64,000 bases of DNA from an uncultured bacterium (GCA_963749495.1 CAVVMW010000021.1:352001-416000); one strand, 5' to 3'; shown: positions 1 through 10,569, numbered from the stretch's first letter. Numbers and translations: made by a program. The notes: generated by a model not told the origin, from the sequence alone.

Positions 1-1083
1 AACACAGTTGTGCCCTATGAAGACGATGCCTATCGCCGCAGCCGCCCGACTTTGCGGCTGGGCGGGCAGAGCGTCCTGAAGCTCGGCTCCGGGCTGGGTC
101 TGCACCCCGAGATGCCGGCCTTCCTGCGGCTCTATCAGGAGGGACACCTGGACATCCTCCAAGGCGTCGGCTATCCAGACTCGGATCGCGACCACCAAGT
201 CGCGATGCGCAACTGGCACACGGCACGCCCCGGTGAGGCCCTCGCCCAAACCGGGTGGGTCGGCCGGGCTATAGATTGGGCCTGCAACGATGGCCAAACC
301 GATGTGCCGGGCGTTTTCGTCGGCCCGATCCCCGCCCCGTTCGGCCTCCAATCCGCCCGCGCTGTCGTGCCGGCCATCAAGTCGCTCGATTCATGGCTGC
401 CAGCGGACCGCGCGGCCGCGGTGCGGTCTGCCGTAGAGGCGGCAAGCTCGCGCGCAGGCGCGTCGGCTGAGGCCTCGAGCAATCCGCTGCCGGATTTCCT
501 CCGCCGGACTGCCCTCGAGGCCGCGGTAGCCAGCACCCGCCTGGAAGCCGCGCGCCAGGCCGCCACGCAGACGGGCGCCGCCCCATACCCGGGCTTTTCA
601 CTGGCTCAGACACTCAAATCGTGCGCCCTGCTCATCCGGGCTGAACTGGGCATCCGCATATTCTTCGCCGAGATGGGCGGCGGGGGGATCGGCGGGTTCG
701 ACACTCACGCAGACCAGGCGGCCAACCATGGAGCACTGCTGCGTGAACTCTCCGAATCGGTGGCCGCTTTCTTCGATGACCTCCAGCGCAACCGCTTGCT
801 GGCTCGGGTCCGGCTGATGACTTTTTCCGAGTTCGGCCGAACTTTGTCCGAGAACGGGCGGCGAGGCACCGGGCACGGGGCCGCCGCACCGCTCTTCCTG
901 GCCGGCGGCGGGCTCAAAGGCGGACTGATCGGCCAGCATCCGAGCCTGACCGACCTGGACGCCGATGCCCCCAAATTCCACACCGACTTCCGGCGCGTCT
1001 ATGCCACCGTCCTGGACCGCTGGCTCGGTTTCAACAGCCAAGCCGTGCTGGGCGCCAGGTTCCAACCGCTCGACAGCGTGTGA
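1..1083 (+). CDS. DUF1501 family protein (5'-partial, runs off window start)
   Basis: Frame open from base 1 (NTVVPYEDDAYRRSRPTL); motifs GGFDTHA, TFSEFGRT..ENG..GT.HG, DFRRVYATVL..WLG typical of DUF1501. Confidence 0.85.
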   Translation, partial: NTVVPYEDDAYRRSRPTLRLGGQSVLKLGSGLGLHPEMPAFLRLYQEGHLDILQGVGYPDSDRDHQVAMRNWHTARPGEALAQTGWVGRAIDWACNDGQTDVPGVFVGPIPAPFGLQSARAVVPAIKSLDSWLPADRAAAVRSAVEAASSRAGASAEASSNPLPDFLRRTALEAAVASTRLEAARQAATQTGAAPYPGFSLAQTLKSCALLIRAELGIRIFFAEMGGGGIGGFDTHADQAANHGALLRELSESVAAFFDDLQRNRLLARVRLMTFSEFGRTLSENGRRGTGHGAAAPLFLAGGGLKGGLIGQHPSLTDLDADAPKFHTDFRRVYATVLDRWLGFNSQAVLGARFQPLDSV

Positions 1084-1174
1084 TGGCGTAGTGCGAACGC
1101 GGAGCGTGAAGCCGGACAAGGAGGTACGGTGCGAGCACAGAGGGAGCACGGAGGCGGATTCGGATGGACAATGA

Positions 1175-1253
1175 AAACGCAGAGACGCGAAGGACGCAGA
1201 GACCAGGCAAGGCAGACGAGGCCGATCTCTGCGTTCTTCGCGTCTCTGCGTTT
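1175..1253. repeat. REP-like palindrome (AAACGCAGAGACGCGAAG...CTTCGCGTCTCTGCGTTT) between convergent genes; possible terminator
   Basis: About 28-bp near-perfect inverted arms at 1175-1202 and 1226-1253. Confidence 0.75.
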
Positions 1254-1284
1254 AAATGAACGTCTCGCAGGGCGTGACGCCGCC

Positions 1285-1324
1285 CATTCGTCATTCGTCA
1301 TTCGTCATTCGTCATTCGTCATTC
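1285..1324. repeat. Heptamer tandem repeat (CATTCGT)n
   Basis: 5.7 exact units; same family at 24880-24954, 28810-28841, 31760-31793, 38809-38840, 39475-39594, 40331-40412. Confidence 0.95.
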
Positions 1325-1330
1325 CGCCGA

Positions 1331-2264
1331 TCACCGCGCCGGCCTTGCGACAAGGCGCAGCACGTCGCGGGCGCTGACAGCTTCGTGGAAGACGATCATC
1401 GCGGGTTGGACGGCCGGCGCCGAAGGCTGGGCGTCGGACGGCTCGCCCTCGCCGAAGGCAGCGATGGTCGAGACATGGCCGATGACATTGCCGCACTCAT
1501 CCAGGACGGCGGACCCGCTGGAGCCGGGCGCCCAGGCGGTGGCAACGTCCAGGCGCGTGGGGGCGTAAGCCGCCGACGCGGGAGCGCTGAAAGGCCGGCG
1601 GCCGGGGAACTGGTAAAAGCGATTGACGATGCCCTGGCTGAAGAAGCCCCGGTGGTCCAGCGGGTCGCTATAGCAATACGCTGTGTCGCCCGGATAGACG
1701 TTGGTGTTCAAGGCCAGCGGGACCAGGGAGACCCCGCCCACGCGCAGGATGCAGAACGTCGCTGTAGCGATTTGCGGCGAGCACCTCCGTTACCCCAAAG
1801 ACCTTGCCGCTTTCGTCGGCCGCAACCAGGCAGCCCATTTTCATTTTCGAGTCAGGCTGGACCACATGATAGCAGGTGGCGATTGCGCCGTTGGTGGTGA
1901 GGGCATAGCCGCCTGCCAGGTTGACGTGCCAATCTTCGCACTGGGTACACAGGAACACCCAGCCCACTCGGAAGTGGCTGCGGCGCGCGGCGGCGCAGAT
2001 CTCGCGCGGGGCCAGCTTGCGCGTGGCCGGCGCGGGCAAATCCAATTCGCAGGACGTGTGCTTGAGCTGTTCCTGGATGGTCGTGAGCCGGATTACGCTG
2101 CCCCTGGCGAAAAGGTCCCTGGCGGCGGTCCGGATCTGGTCCTCGTATTGCGACTCCTGCCGCCCCTGCCGATACACCGGCACGTCCGGGGCCTGGGCGC
2201 CAACGCTCAGCCCCGCAGCCCACAAAATGGCGATGGTCAAGCGCAGATACAGCCTTTTCCGCAT
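1331..2264 (-). CDS. Secreted trypsin-like serine protease (S1), one apparent frameshift near 1750
   Basis: Signal peptide MRKRLYLRLTIAILWAAGLSVGAQA; ATCYHVV (His) in ORF 1668..2441 and PGSSGSAVLD (Ser) in ORF 1331..1741. Confidence 0.75.
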
Positions 2265-2419
2265 GCCCGCAGTATGCCCGCTCCTGGCAACGCTGCAAAT
2301 CCATTCCAGGGGTCCGGCAACGCGCGACAAAATGTCTCGGTGCACGGTAGGGTCGAGGGTGGGGGCGCGCCGCCCGACGCCGAAGCCGTCCTTCATACCA
2401 CCCCAGGGCGACGCCCTCC

Positions 2420-2487
2420 TGCCCCGGACTTTGAGTGACATTCACGACCTTTGTCGCAGCCTTTGTCGAAACCTTTGTCGAAATCCA
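2420..2487. repeat. Half copy of 12-bp-period CTTTGTCG repeat element with CCGGACTTTGAGTGAC end
   Basis: CCTTTGTCGNNN x3; left end matches the element at 50510-50621. Confidence 0.8.
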
Positions 2488-2712
2488 AGCAAAAGGCGTC
2501 AGCCCTGGTTCATTTTCTTGGTTGACACGCTGATCAGGAGGGCTGTATCGATCCGCCAGGCCGCGCAAACTGCGGGTTGAATATCCTGGAGCCCTGTATA
2601 ACGTGGTGAGTCGAGGACATCGGCGCCAGGACATTTTTTTGAATGAGGGGAAGATGGGGCAAAACGAACCATACTATGGGTGACCCCTTTTCTTTTCTTT
2701 TTCCAGAACAGA

Positions 2713-3434
2713 TCATGCCCCGCCTTGAACCTCAAGGTCGGTGATTCTGGTGACTGTGCCTTCACGCATAATAAACCTGCGCACCGGCTCCCCCATCGCA
2801 AAAAGGCGTCCTTTGGGGGTGACGCACAGACCTGCGTCCCACGGGATTCCGTATCCGACCGCCTCTTGTTTGCCAACTCGCAGTAGAGTGAGCAGCTCTT
2901 CCCAGTTTTCAGCTTCTCCGTGAGTATCGCAGAGTACCGGCGCAAAGCCCATGCAGGCGAAGATTTCGGCAGTCGAATCGTCGTTGGGATCCGCCAGCGC
3001 ACCCATTGACGGGAAAGCATTATACTGCCGGCTGAAAGGCCGACAAACACTGTCCCGTTATCGTAGTGCGCACGCAGGAGCGGGGTAAGGTCTTTTTCGC
3101 CAAGCACCCGCATGCCCTCTTCAACGTCTCCCCCCGACACGAGAATGGCGTCCGCATCCTTAAGAATATCCAGCGTTCTTCCCATGTTAACCCTTGCGCC
3201 TGCCGTGGGCGCCAGTAAAACATCACCTGCTCCGGCGTTCTTCAACAAAGCGGAGACCATTCTGAAGAAATCCTGATCGTCTTCGCTCGCACTGCCCAGG
3301 TACGCGACCCGCGGATGAGGTTCGCCGCATTGTTCGATGACCAGGTGCAGCAGAGGATCGGGGCGCTTACACTTTGGCGTTGCTTTCGGCCTGCCTGCCA
3401 GCAGAAACAACGGGCCTGGAGATGCGGTGTTCAT
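2713..3434 (-). CDS. Peptidase S51 (dipeptidase E/cyanophycinase-like), apparent frameshift near 2995
   Basis: VAYLGSAS, ADAILVSGGD, GLSAGS nucleophile motif; C-terminal part (LCDTHGEAENWEEL) in ORF 2713..3006. Confidence 0.75.
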
Positions 3435-3492
3435 CAACACATTCCTTTCTGCCGGGTGCCTCAAGGATCCATTCGCAGTCAGCGCAGATCTG

Positions 3493-4872
3493 TCACGAAA
3501 TCAGTAAAACATGCCGGCGATCAAGAAAAGAACTCGGATCGATAGCAATGAGTGGCTTGACAAGCCGGTACTTGCCGGGAATATCCGGCGAAAGCGCGCG
3601 CTCGGTTTTCACTGACACTCTGGCATTGTTGCCGTACACCGACCTGAGCACCTCCCTCACTTGTTTCTCGCACGTTGACGGCGTATTGGGGGGGTTGCAC
3701 ACAATAAATGCCGCGTACTCCGCTCGGCTGGTTTGGAGAATCTGGTATTCCTCGACCCCCACAACGCCGCTCAGCGCGCCGTCAATCTGCCGCTGTGTGA
3801 CGGCCTTCCCGTCAGGCGTAATCGTAACGTTCTTGACACGGCCCTCCATTGCAGCAATCGTGATTCCGCTGTTTCGTCCGCACCGGCACATGCCCTGCGG
3901 TGCGAGCCTCACCAAGTCGCCCACGTCAAACCGAACCACTACGTACCATGGATTCTGAAATGTTGTGACCAATATGCGGCCAACTTGGGGCCCGCCATGC
4001 TCCTCTGCAAAAGGCTGAAAATCAACGCGGCAAAATTGCGTGTTTTGGTGCAGATGTCCAGCCTCGCATTCCATGAACACATACCCGCATTCAGTACACC
4101 CGTACGAGCTTGCCAACGGAGCAGCAAAAGCCTCTCGAATGAACCGATAGTGAAGGATGGACGGATACTCGTAGGTGAGAAAAATCATTCGTGGCTGAAC
4201 AACCCTTTTGTTTGTGCGCACAATGTGCCGGGAAAGCTTGGCAAGGAAGGACGGGTTTGCTTCGAGGCTTTGGGGCTGGAAGCTATTGAGTTCGTCGACC
4301 ATCCGGTCCATGTGCTCGTTGGTCCATTCGGCTGGATTTACCCTCTCGTTAAGAAAAAGGAAACGGCCGAGCCTCCGCTTGTCAAAGGGCAGATATCCGG
4401 TTTCGCAGGGCATTCCAGCGCATAATGGACTGGTGAGAATTGCTTCGGGCTGTGAGCCGGTGAGTGATTGGGCAGCGGTGGAATGCAGTTGCCAGGAAGC
4501 ACACTCTGAGGCGTTCCACCATTTCTGGCACCAAATATTCGTGACTTGCTCGTCCGTGGTGCCGCTGGTCTTGACGTATTCGATCTCGCCGGAGGCAATG
4601 CCATTATCAAGATCCTTATTGGGCGGCACGAATGCTCTCACACCATGGGCGCGCATGTCTGCCTTCGTCAGAGCCGGCATACGTGAATAGCGAACGTCAA
4701 TGTCTGATCCTGGCCCGGGGTCGAGTTTCCGCCAGCTTTGATACGCAGGCAAGGAGGCAAGCGCGGTTTCCAACGTCTCAAGAGACCGACTGCTGGGCAA
4801 GTGCTTTTCCCATGCCAAGCCACTTCCTGACGCCTTGCGGGTGAGGAAGATGGGGTTTTCGGCCGGATTCAT
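3493..4872 (-). CDS. Phenylacetate-CoA ligase (PaaK)-like adenylate-forming protein
   Basis: KTSGTT P-loop, SYGCTECG, VRFDVGD, CRCGR, MEGR, GKYR terminal motif. Confidence 0.8.
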   Translation of the reverse strand: MNPAENPIFLTRKASGSGLAWEKHLPSSRSLETLETALASLPAYQSWRKLDPGPGSDIDVRYSRMPALTKADMRAHGVRAFVPPNKDLDNGIASGEIEYVKTSGTTDEQVTNIWCQKWWNASECASWQLHSTAAQSLTGSQPEAILTSPLCAGMPCETGYLPFDKRRLGRFLFLNERVNPAEWTNEHMDRMVDELNSFQPQSLEANPSFLAKLSRHIVRTNKRVVQPRMIFLTYEYPSILHYRFIREAFAAPLASSYGCTECGYVFMECEAGHLHQNTQFCRVDFQPFAEEHGGPQVGRILVTTFQNPWYVVVRFDVGDLVRLAPQGMCRCGRNSGITIAAMEGRVKNVTITPDGKAVTQRQIDGALSGVVGVEEYQILQTSRAEYAAFIVCNPPNTPSTCEKQVREVLRSVYGNNARVSVKTERALSPDIPGKYRLVKPLIAIDPSSFLDRRHVLLIS

Positions 4873-4989
4873 CGCGGGCGCATTGTATCAGGCGCAATGA
4901 ACGTTTCAACCCCCAACTTCCTGCGGCTCTGCCCCGTCCTGTCAGGGTGGTTGATTTCCCTCCAATCAGGGTGAATCTCGCCCAGGCAC

Positions 4990-5110
4990 ACTCGAACATA
5001 AAACGGGGTCTTCGACGTGGAGAAGGCTCTCGACGATTTCATCGATCACGACGGCAGGCCGTTTCTCCTCGATGACGGCCGGGAGCCAGGTGTGGGCGGG
5101 TTTTACAGTG
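4990..5110 (-). pseudogene. Possible C-terminal remnant of an AlgJ/AlgX-like (DHHW) protein
   Basis: PAVIEEKRPAVVIDEIVESLLHVEDP resembles the IExEKPDVVIxExVER C-terminus; no upstream coding region before the repeat at 5197. Confidence 0.3.
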
Positions 5111-5196
5111 TTGCCCGGTCCGAGCGGGTGCCGATAGAACTGTGTGTTGCGATGCACACCCCCGGCGGGGCCGATTGCTTACAATCGAGCGGCGCG

Positions 5197-5410
5197 CGGC
5201 CCTACGGGCCGCCAGAACCTAGCCCAGGGCTGAGGCCACCAGGCCGATGCCCTGGGGGAATAGGCCCCCACGCGACCGGGTGCGCCCTGAATGGGCGCCA
5301 GAGCCTCTGGCGCCCATTCAGGGCGCTCAAGCGCTCTCTGGGTCGAAACCCCCAGGGCATCGGCCTCACGGCCTCAGCCCTGGGCTAGGTTCTATCGGCC
5401 CTTTGGGCCG
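5197..5410. repeat. REPIN-like nested palindrome, family A (AGCCCAGGGCTGAGGCC...GGCCTCAGCCCTGGGCT)
   Basis: About 210-bp multi-hairpin inverted repeat; second copy at 8884-9095. Confidence 0.85.
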
Positions 5411-5462
5411 GGCACTCTGGCGCCCCGAGAATCCAATCCCGGGGATGCGAAATCGAGTCTTG

Positions 5463-5492
5463 GTTTCCTTCGTTTCCTTCGTTTGCTTCTGT
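5463..5492. repeat. 9-bp tandem repeat (TTTCCTTCG)n
   Basis: Also at 6596-6623 and 50674-50725, each just downstream of a minus-strand stop codon. Confidence 0.7.
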
Positions 5493-6436
5493 TACAATCC
5501 GAGTCGTTCGATCATGAGCGCGACCTGGTGGCGATGGGCCAGGAGCGGGCGCGGGTCGGTCGTGAAGTTGGTGAGGTCGCGTGAGACCGCACCGGGCACG
5601 GCCAGCAGGCGGCGCGCCGCCTCGAGCGTGCGCTGGTCGCGCTTGGCGGCCTGGGCGCGCTGGATGGCCTGCCGGAGCAGCCAGAAGTATTCGTAGTCCT
5701 CCATCCCGTCGCGAAGGTTCTCCCAACGGACGGAATTGACGGGGCCTTCGAGGCAAGGCGCGGTCGCGGCGTTCGCCTGGGGCTGAGAGTGGGGTGGGTA
5801 GAGGAACCGGCCATCGCCGTTGCCCCAGAAGCGGCGTTCACCGGGCTTCTCGTCGTAGCCGGCCTGGTAGCTCATCGGATCGGCCCAAGGATCCTGCAGC
5901 TTTGGAGCGGGAAAGGCCGAGGGGCTGGTCCACCAGGTTGTGGACCAGATGAGGATGCCGGAGACGCCGTATTGCCAGGATTGCCAGGGCCAGAGCCTCA
6001 GCTCGGTCCCGGGATGATCGATGAACTCGGTGACATAGGGCGCTTTGGGTCCGCAGCAGATGTACCACCAGACCTCTTCGCCCGCGGCCTGGCGCTGGCG
6101 CACGCTCTCCGGGGTCCACTTGGGCGTGAGGCCGCACCAGATCTCGACGTGGCCCAGCAACTGCGGCTCGGGTTGGACGGTGAGCATCCGGCGCAGGCCC
6201 GGCGCCGCATCTTTCAACCGTTTCATCCCCGCCACTACGAAGTTAAAGTCCTTGGGCGCCGGCTCATCGAACCAATACACAAAGGCCTTGTCGAGCCAGC
6301 CGCGCTGGCGCAGATGGCGCTCGACTTGCCCCAGATAGTCCTTGAAAAGCCGCGCGTGCTCCGCCGTGCCTTCTTTGAAGCCCTCAAGCTCGCCCAGCGC
6401 GCGGCTGTAAAAGGTGCCGCCCCCCATCCCGCGCAC
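5492..6436 (-). CDS. DUF4091/GH123-like glycoside hydrolase, N-terminally truncated
   Basis: VYWFDEP, WWYICCGP, NGDGRFLYP, SVRWENLRDGMEDYEY; reading frame begins abruptly beside the repeat at 6446. Confidence 0.7.
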   Translation of the reverse strand: MRGMGGGTFYSRALGELEGFKEGTAEHARLFKDYLGQVERHLRQRGWLDKAFVYWFDEPAPKDFNFVVAGMKRLKDAAPGLRRMLTVQPEPQLLGHVEIWCGLTPKWTPESVRQRQAAGEEVWWYICCGPKAPYVTEFIDHPGTELRLWPWQSWQYGVSGILIWSTTWWTSPSAFPAPKLQDPWADPMSYQAGYDEKPGERRFWGNGDGRFLYPPHSQPQANAATAPCLEGPVNSVRWENLRDGMEDYEYFWLLRQAIQRAQAAKRDQRTLEAARRLLAVPGAVSRDLTNFTTDPRPLLAHRHQVALMIERLGL

Positions 6437-6445
6437 CGGCAGTTA

Positions 6446-6546
6446 GCTCCGATCTCAGACCTTTGTCGCAACCTTTGTCGGCGCCTTTGTCGAGGCATGG
6501 CCCACCCGACAAAGGTCCCGACAAAGGTTCCGACAAAGGTCCGGAC
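6446..6546. repeat. Palindromic 12-bp-period element (CTTTGTCG)x3-spacer-(CGACAAAG)x3
   Basis: Directly visible; homologous to 34547-34690 and 40911-41047. Confidence 0.9.
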
Positions 6547-6642
6547 TCGCGGCGCTCGTGGAAACAGGCGCTAGACCCACCGCCCGGCAGGACATCTTCT
6601 TCGTTCTCTTCGTTTCCTTCTGTCGAATGTGTGTGTGCCTGC

Positions 6643-7419
6643 TCAGGCTTCGGGTGCGAGGCCGAGGACGATGTCGAACCGCGCGCCGAGTTCGCCGATT
6701 CGCGACCCTTTGAGCGGAGCGAAATCCACTGTAACCAAGGACCGGGCCCGGTCGTCGCCGATATTGCGCCAGATGCGGTCGCGCTGGTTGCCGGGCTCGC
6801 CCTTGACGAAGACTTGGGTCGTCCATGGGGCGCGGCGCGGCATTTTGACCTTGAAGTGAACGTGCGCGGCCGGGCGCCCGGAGTAGGGGAGCGGTTTGAT
6901 GGTGCGAAAATAGTACTCGCCGCTCGTTCCGGTGAGGAATCGGCCGAAGCCCTGGAAATGAGAGTCGTAGCGGCTGCGGTTTGGCTGGTCGGCCAGATAG
7001 ATTCCCAGGCTGTCGGCCTCCCACATCTCGATCGTGGCATTGCGGATCGGTTCGCCCCGGCTGTCCAGCAATCGCCCGCTGATGTGCGCGATCTCGCCCA
7101 CGGCAGGGGTGATCGAGTCGTTGATGAGGATCAGGTCATTGTCGGTATCCAACGGGAGTTTGGGCGGATAGAAAGGGCCCTCCTCAACGAACGGGGTCTT
7201 GCGCGCCAGTTCTTCGGCAAAGAGACCCGGCGTCGTGAACCAGGCGGCGCCCAGGCCCAACTGGCCGAGAAACCGCCGCCGGGAACGCGAGGCCCAGCCA
7301 ACGCAGCCCGGAGACGATGGGTTCAGAGCGCGCATTTCCGCGTTCTCTGAGAGGTTTGGATCAGCCGGATTCGTGTCGAGCGCGATGTCCGGGGCGTTGG
7401 ATACAGATGAATGCTTCAT
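6643..7419 (-). CDS. Intradiol ring-cleavage dioxygenase (protocatechuate 3,4-dioxygenase beta-like) with Tat signal; start may be about 7335
   Basis: SRRRFL Tat motif; EGPFYP, GIY, FRTIKPLPYSGRPAAHVH iron-ligand motifs. Confidence 0.85.
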   Translation of the reverse strand: MKHSSVSNAPDIALDTNPADPNLSENAEMRALNPSSPGCVGWASRSRRRFLGQLGLGAAWFTTPGLFAEELARKTPFVEEGPFYPPKLPLDTDNDLILINDSITPAVGEIAHISGRLLDSRGEPIRNATIEMWEADSLGIYLADQPNRSRYDSHFQGFGRFLTGTSGEYYFRTIKPLPYSGRPAAHVHFKVKMPRRAPWTTQVFVKGEPGNQRDRIWRNIGDDRARSLVTVDFAPLKGSRIGELGARFDIVLGLAPEA

Positions 7420-7539
7420 AGATGATTATGCTGGTGCCTTATTGCCAATATAACCGCATTTGCTGTTCGCGCACATGGGAAGATGAAAAATGTGGGTAAA
7501 GACAAGGAGGTCCACTCCATGGCTGCCTTCACTGCGTCG

Positions 7540-8753
7540 TTACGCGACGGGCGGCGATTCCTCCAGCGCCGCCGCATAGAGGGCCTCGAAGTCTTTGACG
7601 GTGATGGGACGGGGATTGAATTGGGCGGTCCATTGACGGGCGGCTTCGAGGGCGAGGCTGGCGAGAGCGTCCGCAGAGAGGCCGCGGCCTTGGAGCGAGC
7701 GGGGCAGACGGGCAAGGTCGAGGAGCCCTTCCAAGCGGGCGGCGAGCCGGGCTGCGGCCTCGCCGGGAGGTGTCGAGGCAGACGCAAGGCCGGCAGCACA
7801 GGCCAGTTCGGCATAGGTCTGCGCGGCGGCAGGCTCGGCGGCGTTGAATCTGACCACGTGGGGGAGCATGAGGCCGACGGCCTGGCCGTGGGCCAAGCCC
7901 AGGCGCGCGGTGAGGGGATTGGCAGCGGCATGGGCAGCGCCGAGCATGCTGTGTTCGATGGCGGTTCCGGCCCAGGCGGCGCCAAGGAGCATCCAGCCGC
8001 GGGCCTGGAGGTCGTCTGGCGCAGCCAGCACGCGGGGAAAACCGGGCAGTGTCAACCGGAGTGCCTCGCGGGAGAAGAGCGAAGGAGAACGCGGTGCGTT
8101 TCCGGGTAACGGCGCTCTCCACCGCATGAGCGATGGCATCAATGCCCGTGCAGGCGGTGACGCGGGGCGGTTGGGAGACGCTCAGCGCCGGATCGAGCAC
8201 GGCGATGCGCGCGGCGGCTTTCGGGTCGCCGCAAGCCATTTTTTGGTGAGACTGCTCGTCGGTGATGAGGGCGAAAGACTGGCACTCGCTGCCGGTGCCG
8301 CCCGTGGTGGGGATGGCGATGAACGGCAGCATCGGCCGGCTGGCCTTTCCCATACCCCAATAGTCCTGCACGCGCCCGCCGTTGGTCAGGAGGAAATTGC
8401 AGCCTTTGGCCGTATCCATGCTGCTGCCGCCGCCCAGACCGATGATAGCGTCGATGCATGCCCGACGCGCCAACTCGACGCATCGCTCGACGCATTGGGT
8501 GCCTGGGTTTTCCTCGACCTGGCCGAAACAGGTTATGGTGAGGCCTGCGGCCTCCAGCAGCCGGTTCACGCGCCCCGCGTGCCCGGCGGAGACGATCCCG
8601 CTGTCGGTCACCAGCAGGACCTTCTGCGCCCCGAGCTCGAAGGGCCAGGCCGCCGACCTGCTCGACGGCGTTGACCCCGAAGATGACACGGGTTCGCGGC
8701 TGGTAATCGAATGGACCGCCGGGCGTGAGTTGGGGGGGTGGTTGGAGATGCAT
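7540..8753 (-). CDS. Iron-containing alcohol dehydrogenase, two apparent frameshifts (about 8645 and 8085)
   Basis: PRTRVIFG, LVTDSG, GLGGGSSMDTAK, IPTTGGTGSE, GIDAIAHAVES, AAHAAANPL..HG, FNPR spread over three overlapping ORFs. Confidence 0.85.
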
Positions 8754-8883
8754 GGGCAAAGCGAAACGCTGGTTCAGCCTAAGCGGGTGTGCACAATCAA
8801 ATGTCACATTGGCCAATTGGGCATGCTTGGCTTCCTATAGGCGAGAGTCGCCTCGTCGGGACCGCGCGGCAATCCCCATTCTC

Positions 8884-9095
8884 CGGCCCAAAGGGCCGGC
8901 AGAACCCAGCCCAGGGCTGAGGCCGTCAGGCCGATGCCCTGGGGACAGGCCCGTGCCGGCCCCGGCGCGCCCTGAATGGGCGCTAGAGAGTTCTGGCGCC
9001 CCTTCAGGGCGCCTGGCCTGCTTCTGTGGCCAGAACCCAGGGCATCGGCCTGACGGCCTCAGCCCTGGGCTAGGTTCTGGCGGCCCGTTGGGCCG
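8884..9095. repeat. REPIN-like palindrome family A, copy 2
   Basis: Near-identical arms to 5197-5410. Confidence 0.85.
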
Positions 9096-9132
9096 CAAGG
9101 CAGGCTCGGGAATATGGCTCATCGCTGCTCCT

Positions 9133-10569
9133 TCAAACCCCTCCACTCATTTCAATGGCGCGGCGGCGGTAGAGGAAGTCGAAGAGATTGCCCTCGTGGG
9201 GTTGGTCCCAGGAGACCTGGACGGTTGGGATGGGGCCAAGGTTCAACCGCTGGATGAGGGGCGATTCCAGGAGCGCCTGGCCCAATGCCGGGTCGCGAGT
9301 GATGGCAGTGACGGCAAGGGAGGGCCCGATGTGCTCGAGCATTTTCGCCTGGGGCACTTCGACGACGCTGGCATAGGGAAACAGGAATTCGCGGTTGGCC
9401 AGCGGATGGGCAAACGAGTCGCAAAGAACAACGGTGGGGCGCAGGTAGAGACCGCCCTCGAAGCAGACTTTGCGCGGCCCGCCCCGGTGCGGGGCGGTGA
9501 CCTCGACCGCGCCGGGCGTCCGGAGACCTTCCTCGATCAGGGCATCGATATGGCCGGCCGTCGCAGCATTGGCAAAGGCGCAGAGTTGGGTGGTCTTGTC
9601 CGAGGCCGGGCGCGGCGCGATAGGCCCGAGCCTGCGGGCCAGGGCCTCGGCGATTTCAGCCGCGTGGCGGGGCACCACGACGGATGAGGCATTGGTGCAA
9701 CTGCGTCCGCCATTTTCAGCTATCGACGAGGCGATGAGTTCGATGAACTCGGGCCAACGCTCAACCTGATCGTCGCCGATGAGGACCTTGCTCAAGCCGG
9801 GGCCGTGGACCTGGATGGCGGGGTTGTTGGCGTAGGGGGCGGTGGCGGTGGTGTCGCCAAAGACCATGGCGCGACCGCAGCCGTGCAGGATCTCGGCCGC
9901 GCCCTGGCGGTCGGTGGGATAGAACCCGAACGCCGCGGCGGGACAACCCGCGGCCAGGAGGGCCTGGATGAGGCGGAAAGGGGTCCAGGGCTCGTTGCGG
10001 CCCGGTTTGATGAGGACCGGGATTTTGAGCGGGATAGCGGGGAGCCAGAGGGAATTGACGGCGGGAGAATTGCTGGGCATGACCAGCCCCAAACATCGCG
10101 CGGCGGGATAAAAGGCCAGTCGCGTGCCGTGCTGCTCCCCGGCGCCGCGGTCGAGAATGACGAGGTCGAGCCCTCGGGTCAGGCCATTGAGCACCCTGCG
10201 CATATTGGCCAGGGTCCAGGCCAGTTTCTCACTGTTCTTGCGCACCATGACCCACGGCAGGCCGCTGGTGGCCGATAGCGTCTCGACATAATCCTCGGGC
10301 GACTGCGTATGGCCCTGGTCCCCCAGGGGCAGGGTTTCATTCAGAAAGAGGGGAGCGGCTTTGCGGCAGATCTCGATGAGGCCTTCGCAGGAGAACTCTT
10401 TCAGGGCCGCGCGGCCCTCGCCCATCCTGGCGAGGTCTTTCCTGATGATCCCTGAGTTGACCTGGCTGATGCGCGCCAGGGTTTGACCGCTGTGGCAGTC
10501 TTTGACATCGGCCTGGTCGAGGCTGGCATAAGGTCTGCCGTGCCGCAATGCCGGGAGGTGGGGGAGCAT
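9133..10569 (-). CDS. Aldehyde dehydrogenase-fold / acyl-reductase (GriD/EhpG/LuxC-like)
   Basis: PSNSP, LIKPG..EP, VHGPGLSK, NGGRSCTNAS (catalytic Cys), REFLFP, QPHEGNL. Confidence 0.75.
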   Translation of the reverse strand: MLPHLPALRHGRPYASLDQADVKDCHSGQTLARISQVNSGIIRKDLARMGEGRAALKEFSCEGLIEICRKAAPLFLNETLPLGDQGHTQSPEDYVETLSATSGLPWVMVRKNSEKLAWTLANMRRVLNGLTRGLDLVILDRGAGEQHGTRLAFYPAARCLGLVMPSNSPAVNSLWLPAIPLKIPVLIKPGRNEPWTPFRLIQALLAAGCPAAAFGFYPTDRQGAAEILHGCGRAMVFGDTTATAPYANNPAIQVHGPGLSKVLIGDDQVERWPEFIELIASSIAENGGRSCTNASSVVVPRHAAEIAEALARRLGPIAPRPASDKTTQLCAFANAATAGHIDALIEEGLRTPGAVEVTAPHRGGPRKVCFEGGLYLRPTVVLCDSFAHPLANREFLFPYASVVEVPQAKMLEHIGPSLAVTAITRDPALGQALLESPLIQRLNLGPIPTVQVSWDQPHEGNLFDFLYRRRAIEMSGGV

